Positions 1-13,837 of a stretch of DNA of 64,000 nucleotides are shown piece by piece. Below the pieces are notes generated by a model. It saw only the letters and a list, made by a program, of their open reading frames with translations, was not told the DNA's origin and searched no databases. Both the position numbers and the translations under genes were made by a program. The stretch is taken from positions 41,168,001-41,232,000 of the forward strand of contig OZ024747.1 of assembly GCA_964016885.1 (NCBI GenBank), written 5' to 3'. Source of the DNA: Eledone cirrhosa. Its lineage: Eukaryota. Within the stretch, counting starts at the first letter, position 1. Every line of letters starts with the position of its first letter.

Positions 1-1830
1 GCCGAAAGAAGTCCCGTGGTACAAAGGACCAGTTACTTATTGATAAGATGGTAATGAGGAATTACAAGAGAAGACACACTGGTCTTGCCATGGGATGGAT
101 AGACTACAAAAAGGCATTCGACATGGTGCCTCATTCTTGGATAACCAAAAGCCTAGAGATCTTCAAGGTGGCAGATAACATCAGACAGTTGTTGAGCAAA
201 AGTATGAAGTCCTGGAAAACAGAGTTAACATCGGATGGAGAATCCTTGGGAGGGGTGAAGATCAAGAGTGGTATCTTCCAGGGAGATAGTTTGTCCCCTC
301 TGTTGTTTGTCCTTGCCCTGATCCCCCTGACCATTATACTGCGAAAAGTGAGAGCAGGATACAAGTTGGGAAAGGGAGAGCTTACCATCAATCACCTCCT
401 CTTCATGGACGATCTTAAGCTCTTCGGGAAGAGTGAGAAGGAGTTGGATGTGCTTGTTGACACTGTCCGTATTTTCAGCAATGATATATGTATTAGTAAG
501 TGTGGAGTCCTAGTGATGAAGAGGGGTAAATTGAGCAGAAGCAACGGAATCCAGATACCAACAGGTGAGATGATAAAGGAAATTGACACTGAAGAAGGAT
601 ACAAATATTTAGATGTTCTGGAGGCAGATGACATCAAGAACAGAAAAATGAAGGAATTAATAAGATCTGAATACATTCGGAGAGTAAGGAGCGTATTAAA
701 ATCACATCTGAACAGTAGGAATGCCATAAGTGCAGTAAATTCCCGAGCTGTGTCTATTATTAGGTACAGTGCGGGAATTCTGAGATGGAATGTTGCTGAA
801 CAAAAAGAAATGGATAGGAAGACTAGGAAGCTATTGACTATCTACAACATGTTCCACAAGAGAAGTGATGTCGATAGACTCTACTTAAGGAGATGTGAAG
901 GTGGAAGAGGTCTTATCAGCATAGAGGACAGTGTTCAGATGGAGAAAAACAACCTACACAAATACGTGACTGATAGTAAGGAGCCAATGTCAGAACTGTA
1001 CTGAAGGAGAGGACAATAGACCAAGGGATGTCCAGGGAGGAAATAACAACAAGGAGAAAGAGCAGCCTTCAGGAAAAATCCCTTTATAGTACCTTCTTTG
1101 AGAAAACTGAATTTAGAGATCCACAGACATGGAACTGGTTGAAAAGAGGAGACCTTAAAAAGCCTACAGAAGGAATGCTAATGGCTGCGCAAGAGCAGGC
1201 CCTCAAAACGAAGTGGGTGAAACACCATATTTACAAGGAGGAGGCTAGCCCACTGTGTAGGCACTGTGGAGAGAGAGAGGAGACTGTGGCTCACATTGTA
1301 TCCGAGTGTAAACACCTAGCCCAGACTCACTATAAGGGCTGGAGACATGATGTGATGGGCAGGGTGATCCACTGGCACCTATGCAAAGTAAACAATTTAC
1401 CACATTCTGAGAAGTGGTATGAGCATAAGCCAGAGTCGGTGATAGAAAACGATCAGGTGAAGGTGCTGTGGGATTTTAGGATACAGACGGACAAGAAACT
1501 GGAACACAATAGACCTGACCTGGTGGTTTGGACAAGGAAAAAAGATCGTGCCTGATTGTGGATGTAGCCTGCCCATTCGACACGAGAGTGCAAGAGAAGG
1601 AGAGGGAGAAAATTAACCGATACCAGGACTTAAAGTGGGGGGTAAAAAGGATTTGGAACTGCCATGAAGTCAAAGTGGTCCCGATTGTCATAGGCGCACT
1701 AGGTACTATCTCAAAGAGTTTCCAAGGATGGTTAAAGAAAATTAGTCCAGCCCCTTTTTTGGAACACTTCAAAAGGCATTCTTGCTGGGAACAGCAAGAA
1801 CCCACATATATCGGCATATATCTCATAAAA
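1..1830 (+). mobile_element. R4/Dong-like non-LTR retrotransposon fragment (RT + CCHC + REL endonuclease), frameshifted, open at window edge
   Basis: ORF 48-1004 has RT motifs [26 protein letters not shown] and [13 protein letters not shown] 1028-1555 has CRHC..H...C, RHD and RPDL. ORF 1528-1944 has IVDVACP..EK..RY and PIVIGALG. Confidence 0.9.
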
Positions 1831-1831
1831 A

Positions 1832-2025
1832 TAATTGTTTCTACTTTTTTGGCACAAGGCCAGCAATTACCCAGTACATTACTGATACTTTATTTTATCG
1901 ACCCAGTAAGGATGAAAGGCAAAGTTATCCTCGGCGGGATTTGAACTCAGAATAGCAAGGGCCGTAACTCTATGCGTCAAAGCATGGCGTCCGACCCTCT
2001 ACTGATACTACCAATCCACCGCCCT
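1832..2025 (-). mobile_element. tRNA-derived SINE (family 1)
   Basis: Minus strand has A-box and B-box (gagttcaaatcc) and the conserved core gcctttcatcc..gggtcgataaa. Many copies occur in the window. Confidence 0.85.
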
Positions 2026-2072
2026 TCTCAGAAACAATAATGAAAGAAAATAAAAACAATAACAATAATAAT

Positions 2073-2255
2073 AATAATTGTTTCTACTTTTGGCACAAGG
2101 CAAGCAAGCATCAGTACATTACTGGTATTATTTTATCGACCCCGGAAGGATTAAAGGCAAAGTTGACCTCGGCGCGATTTCAACTCAGAGTGGAAAAGGC
2201 CGTAACTCTATGCGTCAAAGAATGACGTCCGACCCTCTACCGATACTGCCAATCC
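2073..2255 (-). mobile_element. SINE family 1, head truncated at the junction with the Tx1-like element
   Basis: Homologous to 1832-2025, with an (AAT)n tail at ~2055-2076. It lacks the terminal accgccct seen in other copies. Confidence 0.85.
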
Positions 2256-5200
2256 TTGGGTTCACAGACTCCGAGCAGTTTAACCGGTCCGTCTGTCCAA
2301 CGCTCTACGACGCTGTCGGACGGCATGGACTTGCCTCTCCAGGTGCCGAGTTGCAAGCCCACCGACTTTTCCTGGTTTATCTTTGCTTCTGTCACCGCTT
2401 CGTATTCCTTGAGAGTGGTGCCGAGCATCTGGACGTGTTTGGTGCTCGACACCACCACGGTGACGTCGTCGGCGTAAGCTGACACGGATCTCCCGCATCC
2501 CAGTTCGCGTGGGATCCCCCTCATCGTCTCCAACTTGTGCAGTAACGGCTCTAGGGCCAGTACATACAAGAGGGACGAAAGCGGGCATCCCTGGCGGACC
2601 GAGCACATGATGCTGAAAGGCTGCAACAGGTGACCATTCACCCTCACAATCGAGCAGATGTCGCAGTGCATCACAGCGATCCAGCCCCTAAAAACGGGCC
2701 CAAAGCCGCCCGCCCCGAGGACCGCAGCCAGATACCGATGGTCGACCCTATCAAATGCTTTAGATTGATTCAAGTTGATCAGGGCCAACCCGTGCCAGGT
2801 TCCTTAACCACCCTCTCTATGATGTATCGCATGAGATGGCGGTTGTCGTGGATGGATCTGTCCGGGATGGCGCATGTCTGCGCCTCTCCCACCAGATCAC
2901 CGACGACAAGCGCCAATCTCTTGGCCAAAATCTTAAACTCTGTGATTAGCAGAGTTATGGGCCTGGAGTTGTCTATAACGTCCCCCTTGTTCGGGTCTTT
3001 TCTCAGCAGCGCCATCGTTCCCCGGCTCACAAAACTGGGAATGCTCCCGTTCTGCTGCCAGTTGCAGTAGACATCTGCCAAGAGGTCACCGAACAAGTCT
3101 GGCATATACGCATAAAGCTCGTAGGGCAGACCATCCGAACCTAGCGATTTACCCCTCGTGCAGTCAGACATCGCGCCCCGTATTCCACCTGCTGTTATCG
3201 GCTTTTCACAGCACTGCACTGCGGTCGTCGAGAGCCGCGGCAGTCCGTCGAGGTATGCACCGAAGTCCATACTCCGATTCCGCCCGCCGCCGTTCCCGAA
3301 CAATTGAGCAAAGTGCTGTTGAAAAGCCCCACACATCTGCTCGGGTTCGAGCAACATGCGCCCGTATTGATCAGACAAAGACCGAATTGTGGACTTGTTG
3401 CCACGTCGCGCCTCCACCACCCGGGGCCCATTGAACAGCTTTCGTACCCTTGTGTTTTAGAGCAGGCGCTCTAGCTCTGACAACACAGCCTTCATGCTTT
3501 GCGTTGAAGAATTGGTCGAGTGCCAATCTCGCCGCAAGCACGTCGGTTGCGATGCCTGTCCTAAACGCCTCTTCTAGCTTTCTGACTAGCTCTCCCTCTA
3601 CTCTATTTTCCTCTATCACTAGTCCTTTGCTAAACCTAATCGACTCTACTTTAATTGCCCTTTTCAGGGCGAACCACCACCTGTTGTTGACGACCGCTCC
3701 CGTCAACGCACGCTTAACTAATACGCTAATCCGGTCTCTGTAGGCTTTGCGCGCCGGGAAAGACGCGTTCAGCTTCCAGTAACCGGGTCCTTGTCTATGA
3801 AGTCTGTCTATGTCGATCTCACAAATCACAAATTTGTGGTCTGTGTAGTCGACTATTTTAAATTGTGGACAACTTATACTACCCTTATCTAGTTCTCTGC
3901 AGAATACCCTCTCGAGATACGATCTGGATGACCCGACGCGGTTTGTCCATGTCCACATTGGCACATTCGGGTGATCCAGTCGATACCTGTCAGACAGTTC
4001 TGGTGGTGATAGTAGTGCTAGTGTGCGTGGTGATGGTGTTGGTGGTATTGCTGCTGTAAGTCTCTTTGCAGTAGCCTTTACCCTTTTTTCATTTCTTCCC
4101 TCTCTTTTCGAAGGCGACGATGCGCTGCTTCTGCGTTTTTGCCTTCTTGCGACCTTTTTGCCACCTCACACTCCATGTCCGATTCTGTGAGGTCGGGGAG
4201 GGGTACCAGCTCCACTCTTTCACTTGTTGTTGTTGGTGATGGTTGCAGTGGAGTCTCTGTTGCAGCTGCAGTTGGTATTACTGTTGTTGTTGTTAATACT
4301 TCCACTGCTGCTGCTGTTCTTGATTTCCGTGGCGTGGGTATGGGTGCCACGGACCTATCCTTGCTGCTTGCCGCCTGTTCTGTTGCTGTTAGCAGTGGAG
4401 TCGGTTTCGGAAGGAGAGGGGTTTTCTCCTTTCTCAGGGTCTTCTCATTGCAGAAGGCCCTGAGGTGAGTCTTCGACCCACAGCGAAAGCATTTCGGGCG
4501 TTTGCCCTCAACACTTATGGGAAGTTGAGTGGCGTTATCGAAGTCTATCACATCCGGGATAGCCTCGATGCACTCCTGGTTGGTTTGAATTAACATCTCA
4601 ATGGAGGCGCCGACCCAATCTTCTTGTACTTTTTTCTGTACTTGCAGTACGGTTGTTTTGTCCTCGATTCCGACGAGGACAGATGCAGCCAGCCAAAAAG
4701 GAGCCATCCCGGGGGGTACTTGGGTCAGTTTGACCCTCACAATTTTTTGCCCGCAGTAGGAGGGCACCAACACCATTTCTTCGCTCCTTAGGGTCACTAA
4801 GGATTGAGCCTTTGTCTCCTGGGGTGTGGCAAAAAGCACGTCCACGGTGGTATATTTCTTGCCTCGGGTGATATGCGTTTTCCGCTGCCACACAGACCCT
4901 AAGGCTTTTTGTATTTGAGCCTCTGTGGCTCTTTCAACCCTACGTAATTTTGTGTGCTTACTGTACGGTACGTGACCGTACAGTGCTGTTGGGTTTCGAA
5001 AAATTCTTCGGCTGCCTTGCAGATTGCTCGGTGTCCGGTTTGTTTTCGTCACCATCTTCTTTGCTTCCTGTAATTCCTCATTTGTTATAAGGATGGTTTC
5101 CAGGTTCTTTGCGATACCTGCAAACGAGATTGGTTTTTCTTTCTTGCTGTTGTTGTTGTTGTTGTCGTCAGAGCTGCTGTTACTTTTGTTGTTGCTGCTG

Positions 5201-5890
5201 GTACTACGACCGCCGCCGCCGCTATTGCTGTGGTTGTTGTTGTTGTTGTTGCTGCTGCTGCTGCTGTTGTTGTTGCTGTTGCTGCTGCTGCTGCTGTTGT
5301 TGTTTATGCTGCTGCTGATGTTGTTGTGGCTGCCACTAGTATTTTCCTCGCCACTGTTGCTGCTGCTGCTGTTATAACGGCTGCTGCTGCTATTCTTCAT
5401 GACGTCAGACGAATGAAATGGCTTTCCGTATTTACCGCACACATCTTTCGTTGTTGTCGTCGTCGTGGAGAAATGTTCCACGGTACGCGCGTTCTCTTGA
5501 TGAAGAACGCTACGAGAAACTACATTTTTCTTTTTCTTTAATGGCGTCGCTTGCGAAAGAGGCGACAGAGGCGACACCACATTTAGAGAAGGGAGGGAGA
5601 GAAAGACAATCTTTTCTCTGACGTAATGACGATTGAGGAAGAAGACGGAAGGAGTGGGAGTGACTTGTGAAAATTCTTTTTTACGATTTAAAATGAATAT
5701 TGGGCACAAAACCCCAATAACTGGTTATTTAACCCCGAAGGGCCAAATAACGGGCAGAAAGACCCCTCTCACGAGGAGGAGGGTGTCTTTATCTACAATT
5801 TGGTTCAAGTTTTAAACAATTGACAATTGTTATAAACGGTTAAAAATTACTATACCTTACAGAGCCGAGCCTCCGTCAACCATGGCATTC
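2256..5890 (-). mobile_element. Tx1/L1-clade LINE with 5' end and ORF1, partial APE endonuclease and frameshifted RT; 3' end missing
   Basis: ORF1 zinc knuckle CFRCGSKTHLRAFC. EN C-terminus WTW..SYLERVF..TDH..GPGYWKLN. RT motifs KSLGSDGLPYE, RPITLL, KAFDRVDH, VRQGCPLS and AYADDVT. Confidence 0.9.
4078..5400 (-). CDS. Tx1-like ORF1 (gag-like, CCHC knuckle, Ser/Asn-rich N-terminus); start uncertain
   Basis: Long open frame 4078-5709 with an ATG at ~5400 (MKNSSSS), a CX2CX4HX4C motif and an (AAC/AGC)n-encoded N/S tract. Confidence 0.7.
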   Translation of the reverse strand: MKNSSSSRYNSSSSNSGEENTSGSHNNISSSINNNSSSSSNSNNNSSSSSNNNNNNHSNSGGGGRSTSSNNKSNSSSDDNNNNNSKKEKPISFAGIAKNLETILITNEELQEAKKMVTKTNRTPSNLQGSRRIFRNPTALYGHVPYSKHTKLRRVERATEAQIQKALGSVWQRKTHITRGKKYTTVDVLFATPQETKAQSLVTLRSEEMVLVPSYCGQKIVRVKLTQVPPGMAPFWLAASVLVGIEDKTTVLQVQKKVQEDWVGASIEMLIQTNQECIEAIPDVIDFDNATQLPISVEGKRPKCFRCGSKTHLRAFCNEKTLRKEKTPLLPKPTPLLTATEQAASSKDRSVAPIPTPRKSRTAAAVEVLTTTTVIPTAAATETPLQPSPTTTSERVELVPLPDLTESDMECEVAKRSQEGKNAEAAHRRLRKEREEMKKG

Positions 5891-5924
<34 letters not shown>

Positions 5925-6019
5925 GCGAAGACTAAAATCCAAAGAGGGCTCGATAAGGATGAATGTATATCAAATATATAAGAACCCTAGAGCACATATT
6001 TATTAAAATAACAGATTAA

Positions 6020-6070
6020 AGTTTAAGCAAAGAATCGCTGCTTTCACCCTTAACGAGATCTTCTGAAACT
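6020..6070 (-). ncRNA. Degenerate type I hammerhead motif
   Basis: Minus strand reads agttt CAGAAGA tctc-gttaa-gggt GAAA GCA..TGC TT aaact. Stem I pairs and U4 is changed to A. A partial homolog lies at ~24291-24350. Confidence 0.4.
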
Positions 6071-6080
6071 CTGAAACTGA

Positions 6081-6197
<117 letters not shown>

Positions 6198-6790
6198 GGT
6201 GTGTGAATGGCAGCGAGTTATATTTATAAGTAAGTTTATGTGTTATAGCGTGTGTATGGATAGATAGACGAAAGACGACAGAAGATATTGCATACACGGC
6301 ATTTCCCTCCCGGATCAAATCTCCATAAAGGCATTATTCTAATGATTGAGACGAAGTCATTAACAATCTCTTTTAAATGGCTGCACAATGTCAATGGTGA
6401 CAGTTAGTATCAGTGACCTTGTCAAACGTCTCTTGTAACAGTAAATTACGCTTAGCGAATATTTGACTGCAACTTTAGTAGATTGAATATTTGATCACTG
6501 AATGTACACTGTATATAATTGATTCCTGACAGGCAGAGATTATAATACAGCTTGGTGCCATATTCAATGTCTTTTACTGTTTCGTGTTACTTTAAAACGA
6601 CCATATTAAACTGTCAACTGTGTCATTATGTAATAGGAGAAATAATAATGGATATTTGTTTATTTTATTAATCTAGAAACATTAGTTTATAAAATCTCGA
6701 CTACAACGTCGTCCTGTGAACATTTTAATATCAGTAGTAATATAGATGTATTTATAGCATTTTTATCATAGATATACATACACACAAACG

Positions 6791-6892
<102 letters not shown>

Positions 6893-6931
6893 AACACACA
6901 CACACAAACACACATATATATGTTTTTTTCC

Positions 6932-7000
<69 letters not shown>

Positions 7001-7174
7001 AAAGAATAGAGGTGTAACACACATGAAAAGCATTTAGAAATGCGCAACCGGTAAAAACTTAAAAACTTAAAACCACAACTGAATACTAACCCATACAATC
7101 ACTAATACTCTTTTATTCCTAATTAAACCATTTTTCAACTGTGAACAATTTGTCAGCATTTTCTATTCCGTTTA

Positions 7175-7245
<71 letters not shown>

Positions 7246-7420
7246 CTACCAAAATACACGGTAGTGTCCAATCCGTATGAAGAACTCAATGTAATCCAAA
7301 TATCATGAAAAGAGAAGATGTATTCAAAAGTTTTCGATGAAAATCATAGGAAAAACAGAGTCAAGATAACTTATTAAAAACAATGAATAAAAACAAAGAA
7401 CTTATATTAAAAAATTCATC

Positions 7421-7542
7421 ATTTTACGATCGTTTCTAGGATATATATGTGTGTTGGTATGTATATCATATAGATCTATGTAAAAATATTACAAACTATC
7501 AGAGGAAATATACATACCTACACATATATATGCTGTCTTCAG

Positions 7543-7546
<4 letters not shown>
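7421..7546 (-). ncRNA. Type I hammerhead ribozyme with long stem II
   Basis: Minus strand reads attt CTGAAGA cagcatatatatgt...acatatatatccta GAAAC GATC GTA aaat. Stem III is the palindrome ACGATCGT and the site is GUA. Confidence 0.6.
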
Positions 7547-7580
<34 letters not shown>

Positions 7581-9023
7581 AGAAATATTTAATCAACCCC
7601 AGGGTTTGAACTCAGCTCATGTCGATAGCATTAAATACCACAAAGAATTGTGTCCCATGCCCCCACAGAACTTACCATCCGCCGCACTATTTAACATGTG
7701 TTCAAATCAAATGTTATTGGCAAATCAACATACGCTTCCCTCAAATATGACTGTGTGCTTAAGATAAACATAATTTATAATATAGGGATTTAAAAACTCA
7801 GCGAACAATTCCCTCACAAGAAAGGTCTTTTGCGACAAAGATCAGAGACACATATTGCTCAATGGTGCTTAACTAAAGCGGTGAATTGAAGGCTGTATAA
7901 TTTCTGCTCAACTAAGAGCCTCTACAACTAAACGTTACTCGAAATATATTAGGAAATAAAATCTCAAATTTGAAGACCGCATTCGTCATCAGTTAGATGA
8001 GATCAACTTACACTGGTCATATCAGAATATATTAGAATACAAAACATGACCATTAGTTTAAATTGAAAGGAAGTGATCTAAAGAAATGAAAACTCAGCTG
8101 CAGAAAATATTCCATGAATATCTCAGAGCGAAAGATTATGTGATGCTGATGAAATCAAGTAAACTGAAACAGTCTCCTTTGCCTGCAAACGATTATCAGC
8201 CTGTCTCTTAAGCATGTAACTTTGAGAGATAATTTTTAATTTTTCTGATGATCGTTCTTATCTTTGCTAATAACTAAATTTTCTTTTCTCTTTCCAACTA
8301 AGAGGGAGATTTCAATCAATAAAGGAAGAGTAGCCTGGGGCATTCTATACCTGTCCCCTTAACTTATGTATCTTATCGAGAAAGAGAAAGTCAAGGGGAA
8401 TGAAGATGTGATTCTGTGGGATATGCAAACGTAAATAGATGCGATGATGATATTACAATACAATAGGAATTATATGCAAATAAACCAATATAAAGTGACA
8501 AAATATCCAGCTATTTTCTAACTATTAATGTCGCGTCAATAATTACATCTCCTCGAAAGACAATAGCATCTTAATAATGTAGTTTGAAAGTCTTCAAAAA
8601 CAAAGATCTAAAATCAGAAATATTGAAGATGTAGAATATAGAAAGAAGAATTGTAATTTTTTTAAACAATTGAGAGCAGTGAAATGGAATTTGAATAAGA
8701 AGATGAACAAATGCCAGAATATCTATCATATGTACTGTGCAAAGCTAACGTTCGTAAAGCGTTCATCTTCTGCAAAATGTATTAGCAGTACACTTAATCG
8801 ATTTATGTTACCCTATCTGATGAGGCAAAGTAAAATTGTTGATATAAGAGTTGGATCAAACCAAAATGGTTAATTTCACCTCCTCCTTCAGCTCTATAGG
8901 GTGACTTTCTTAATACGGCTGAAGAACAAAATTAACTCAACTTGATACAGGAAACTCGGAGTACCTAGGAATGTATACGCCAGTCTGCCACGTATTTTAC
9001 ACAATATATATATATATATATAT

Positions 9024-9344
<321 letters not shown>

Positions 9345-9353
9345 CACATATAA

Positions 9354-9406
<53 letters not shown>

Positions 9407-9416
9407 AACGAGTAGG

Positions 9417-9511
9417 ACCCCGACGGCTGAGCTCAAGCCGTTTCGACGGCTAATTCTGGACTAAATGAAAATGTTATCCTGGTATTTGAATAGCCGAGCT
9501 TCTCAAGGGGT
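9417..9511 (-). ncRNA. Hammerhead ribozyme, U3-A8 variant (inverted copy)
   Basis: Reverse complement of 10154-10249. Confidence 0.65.
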
Positions 9512-10153
9512 AATTCTATATATGGTAAAAGTGATTGTCACAAGGATTGGTCAAAAGTTTGTTGTTGAGACATAATAATTCTATCATGGCAATTTGTGGA
9601 GGGAAGGGGTAGCTGAACCTGCCAGTAGGAGAAAGGGGGAGAGGGGGTGGAAGAGACCCAGTCATGCGTTGATAGTGCCGACTACAGCTGGGCATGAGGT
9701 CAAAGAAAATACTAGGGAGGGGGAGGGGGCGGAAGTCGAAACAATAAGTAAAACAATATTGGGTAAATATATAGAAAAATACCGAGAGTGTTAAAAAGCA
9801 ATTAAATTTAAAAAAATAAATAAATAAATAAAATAAATATAATTTTTTTTTTTTTTACATTTAATTGCTTTTCAACACTCTCGGTATTTTTCTATATATT
9901 TACCCCATATTGTTTTACTTATTGTTTCAACTTCCTCCCCCTCCCCCTCCCTAGTATTTTCTTTGACCTCATGCCCAGCTGTAGCCGGCACTATCAACGC
10001 ATGACTGGGTCTCTTCCATCCCCTCTCCCTCTTTCTCCTACTGGCAGGTTCAGCTACCCCTCCCTCCACAAATTGCCATGATAGAATTATTATGTCTCAA
10101 CAACAAACTTTTGACCAATCCTTGTGACAATCACTTTTACCATATATAGAATT

Positions 10154-10249
10154 ACCCCTTGAGAAGCTCGGCTATTCAAATACCAGGATAAACATTTTCA
10201 TTTAGTCCAGAATTAGCCGTCGAAACGGCTTGAGCTCAGCCGTCGGGGT
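10154..10249 (+). ncRNA. Type I hammerhead ribozyme, U3-A8 core variant
   Basis: acccc TTGAGAA g..cggcta-ttc...gaa-t-tagccg.c GAAA CGGC ttgagctca GCCG TC ggggt. All three stems pair and the site is GUC. Confidence 0.7.
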
Positions 10250-10340
10250 CCTACTCGTTCCTATTACCCACTCTACTACCCTAGGTATTGAGTACTTTGG
10301 TGCGTTATGGTCCACCTGGTTCCTTACCACATTTCCTCCG

Positions 10341-10394
<54 letters not shown>

Positions 10395-10396
10395 AT

Positions 10397-10628
10397 ATTA
10401 GAAAGTGAGTTTTTTTTTACAAAATGAAAAATAACCGAGGTGTCCTACACGAGTGAAAGTATAAAAAAAAGATGAAATCGAAAATGCAACTGGGGTCTTA
10501 TTTTAAAAAATATATCTCAACTCTACTTTTGAAAAGCAGAAGAACTGCGAAACCGGTAAAGGAACCAAATAAATATATATATTTTTTAAAATAAGACTCC
10601 AGTTGCATTTTCGATTTCATCTTTTTTT

Positions 10629-10633
<5 letters not shown>
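10397..10633. mobile_element. Fold-back element, family B inside (TA)n
   Basis: Inverted arms at ~10460-10515 and ~10575-10635. Homologous to 47122-47490. Confidence 0.7.
10526..10561 (+). ncRNA. Minimal type I hammerhead ribozyme, U3-A8 variant
   Basis: ctt TTGAAAA gcag-aagaa-ctgc GAAA CCGG TA aag. Stem III is the palindrome ACCGGT and the site is GUA. Confidence 0.7.
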
Positions 10634-10676
<43 letters not shown>

Positions 10677-10724
10677 TTTTATGTATGTACATAAACATGG
10701 GCAAACACGCATATTCACATATAT

Positions 10725-10811
<87 letters not shown>

Positions 10812-12469
10812 TATTTTGGTGGGTGGAGATATGTATTAAATTGTTTGAAATGAAAACAATTTTAATATGGTATCATTTGTCTACACTATACGATACTTGG
10901 ATAAACTTGTGAGATTTGTGAAGCATAAAAATGGTTTTATATATAGATGCAAATGTAAATACATAGATGTGGGAATCTGTCAAAGTTAAGGCGTTGACTA
11001 TAATCAAGAATGAAAGGTCAGATGATACATTGTGTGGTTCACCAAGGTTGACTTAACCTGTCTGTAAAATATGTAAAAGTATTTGGATATGACACTAAAT
11101 TTATTGATCTGTTACAATAGCTATACTATTCCTTAAATATTGATCTTGTTCATTTTTTAAAATTATTTTTGTCTTTTTCCTTTTAGTTAAATCACTTTGG
11201 ATACAGAATATAGTTTTCGTTGAGAGGTAGACAGCATAAGCTACAAAACTGTCTGCTGAATAGAAATAATTCTAGCAGGGTCTTCTATAACAGACTTTTG
11301 TGAATACTGTCTGTATCTTAGAAGTATGGTAGGCAATGATGAATGATCGACAGAATCTACATATTATCCACTATGTTTTTGTTTTTACCTACGAAATATT
11401 CCAACTAAGCTCACTATGCTAACGGTACAAGCAGCATTTAAGCAATACATAATAACCTATACTACTCTATTAAAATACGTTCATCGTCAAGTCGGACTAA
11501 GAAACTAGGTTTACATCGGTTTTTCTATTACTGATTTTATCAGCTAGTTGCAATTCCTGACAGAAGCGTCACTACAGAAAATGATACTGCCATTTTATTT
11601 ATTGACCCAAAAACATGAAAAGCAAAGTTGACCTCGGTGGGATTCAATCTCAGAATGCAAACAGCCGAAGCAAATACCGAGTCATATAATCCGTTACTCT
11701 GCTATTCCGCCACCTATCATTAGATAAATCAACCAAAATTTAGAGATAATTGTTTGATTACTTCTAATCGTATGAGCCCATTAATATGTCGTTACTGTGG
11801 TATGCTTTAAATTCAGTGCCAGATATCATCTAAATGATATATTATGTAAGATAGGTGATTGAAGCTTACTATTATATGATTTCTACGTCAGCTTGGTAGA
11901 TAGGGTCAGAGAGGTCCCCTGGGTATTTCGCTCATAATTACACTGCAGTTGTTCAAGAACAATACATCACCTCCAGCAGAACCATCATGGTTTAGAAGTC
12001 GATGAAAGAGGAATTCCGCTATTGGTAGATATACCTTTAGTCCCATAGAGTCCACTTATCTAAAGTGCCAAAAGATGATTGATACGAGTAGTGTACTGTA
12101 TGCAGAAGAGTGGTAGATATTCAAACGTTGGGTTTGTAATGCTTAGGGTTAGAGTGAGTTTGGAGTTCTTTTTGTCGGTCCAGTCAAGAATGCATGTACG
12201 GAATGAAGTGTATATATGGAATTTAGAAATACAAAACATTTCCCTTCTACGCCGTTAGTGTCATTGTACAATGAATATGTAAGTGTTGAAGTTACGAAGG
12301 ACTCACTCTTTGAAGAAGGATGAAATAGGAAAAATATCTTTGGTACAAGAAGCTGCGGAATTGTCGATGATTGGTGATAGAGGAATGAGATCTAGTTAAA
12401 GTTTTGTGGCAGGGGATTTTGAGCAAGTGTACCTGAAAATCATTGTTGTTGATATACATACATATTATA

Positions 12470-12610
12470 GGCGGCGAATTAGTAGTCGTTAGAGCGTAGG
12501 ACACAATGCCTTGTGGTGTTTGTTTTTCTAGCAATCTTCGCTCTCTGAGTCCAAACCCCACTGAGGTTAGTTTTACAGTGTATCCCTTCAGGGTCGATAA
12601 AAAGAAAACA
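12470..12610 (+). mobile_element. SINE family 1, diverged
   Basis: tRNA-like head and the cccttcagggtcgataaaa core. Confidence 0.6.
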
Positions 12611-13392
12611 GTGCAGGGTGATGGATTAACGGAATTAACGGATTAATCTGTTGCTCAGGTTAAAACTTTCAACCAGTAGGTCACGGGTGTTTTTAATAGG
12701 GTTCACTAAAGTGCAAGTATCCAAGTCAAGTGTCTGCTTTAGGTAAACCTACTTGCCATCCACATGTCTCAGGGGCTCCGAAAAAAGATAATTGGCACTA
12801 CCCTTTTCTCTTTGACTAAAATACGGGGCAAGAGAGATGCATGGTAAGGGCTATATGGAATTCACATTAGATTTATTGTACAAGTTTGTTGTCAGGGCAA
12901 AAGAAGCAGATGAAAAATAAAGCTTGAGAGGCTTGTGTCTCGAAAAGTAATAGGGTGTATAGTTTGCATGTTAGCATGAAGTAATGTTCTTTCTATAATC
13001 ACATATTCTAAAGCATGAAGGGTTTATTTAGAGGGCAATAACATATTTTCTATGATTAACATTTCATCTGATTCTATTCAAAGTGCGGCTGTCGTAAAAT
13101 GATGAAATTAGTTTCTTAACAATGCTCTTTATTTCCCAGTCAATGAGGAAGAAAATGTGTTTCTTACGATTATTATGATTTATACATTCTGTCAGCCATG
13201 AAACCCAGCCTGCCAACAACATAACTTTACTATAGATATTAAATGAATTGCAATTGCAAAGGACAATTTACTTCTAAATATTTGGCAATATTATCAGAAA
13301 TACTACTTACTACTACTTCAATAATAGATAGACACAGAATAGCGGCTCATACATATATATACTATATATATGTGTGTGTGTATATATGTATA

Positions 13393-13500
<108 letters not shown>

Positions 13501-13837
13501 TGACCAAAATTGATATATTTTTGTATTACAGAAATTATTTTAAAACGTCGGATATTTTGGATTTTGACTTGATTCGGCAAAAGTATTTTAAAATTAGTAA
13601 TACTTTTGAAATACCACACTTACAAGTTGCTATAATATGTGTACTTCTATTTATATAATCTGGAAAATGCACGATTAATGATATTGCTGTTTGATATGTA
13701 AGACTTGTTATTTGTATGTTCAGAGAAAGATGACTGAAAGAGTTATTGTCTATTAAGCGTGGGGACACTGTAATGTTGAACAATATCCAAACAGATTAAT
13801 GTTCCTATGGTGATCATTTTAATCTGTACCTTTTGTA

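Larger units (their letters stand above)
9402..10342 (+). mobile_element. Long fold-back element, family A (~410-bp arms) inside (TA)n
   Basis: 9402-9812 is the reverse complement of 9859-10265 with a few mismatches and an A/T-rich spacer. Confidence 0.8.

Noticed and set aside
8100-8600. Possible old RT remnant
   Set aside because: Only a faint resemblance to the [11 protein letters not shown] motif, too decayed to support.
9594-10069. Twin 65-66 aa ORFs on opposite strands
   Set aside because: They are a by-product of the palindrome and have no recognisable protein motif.
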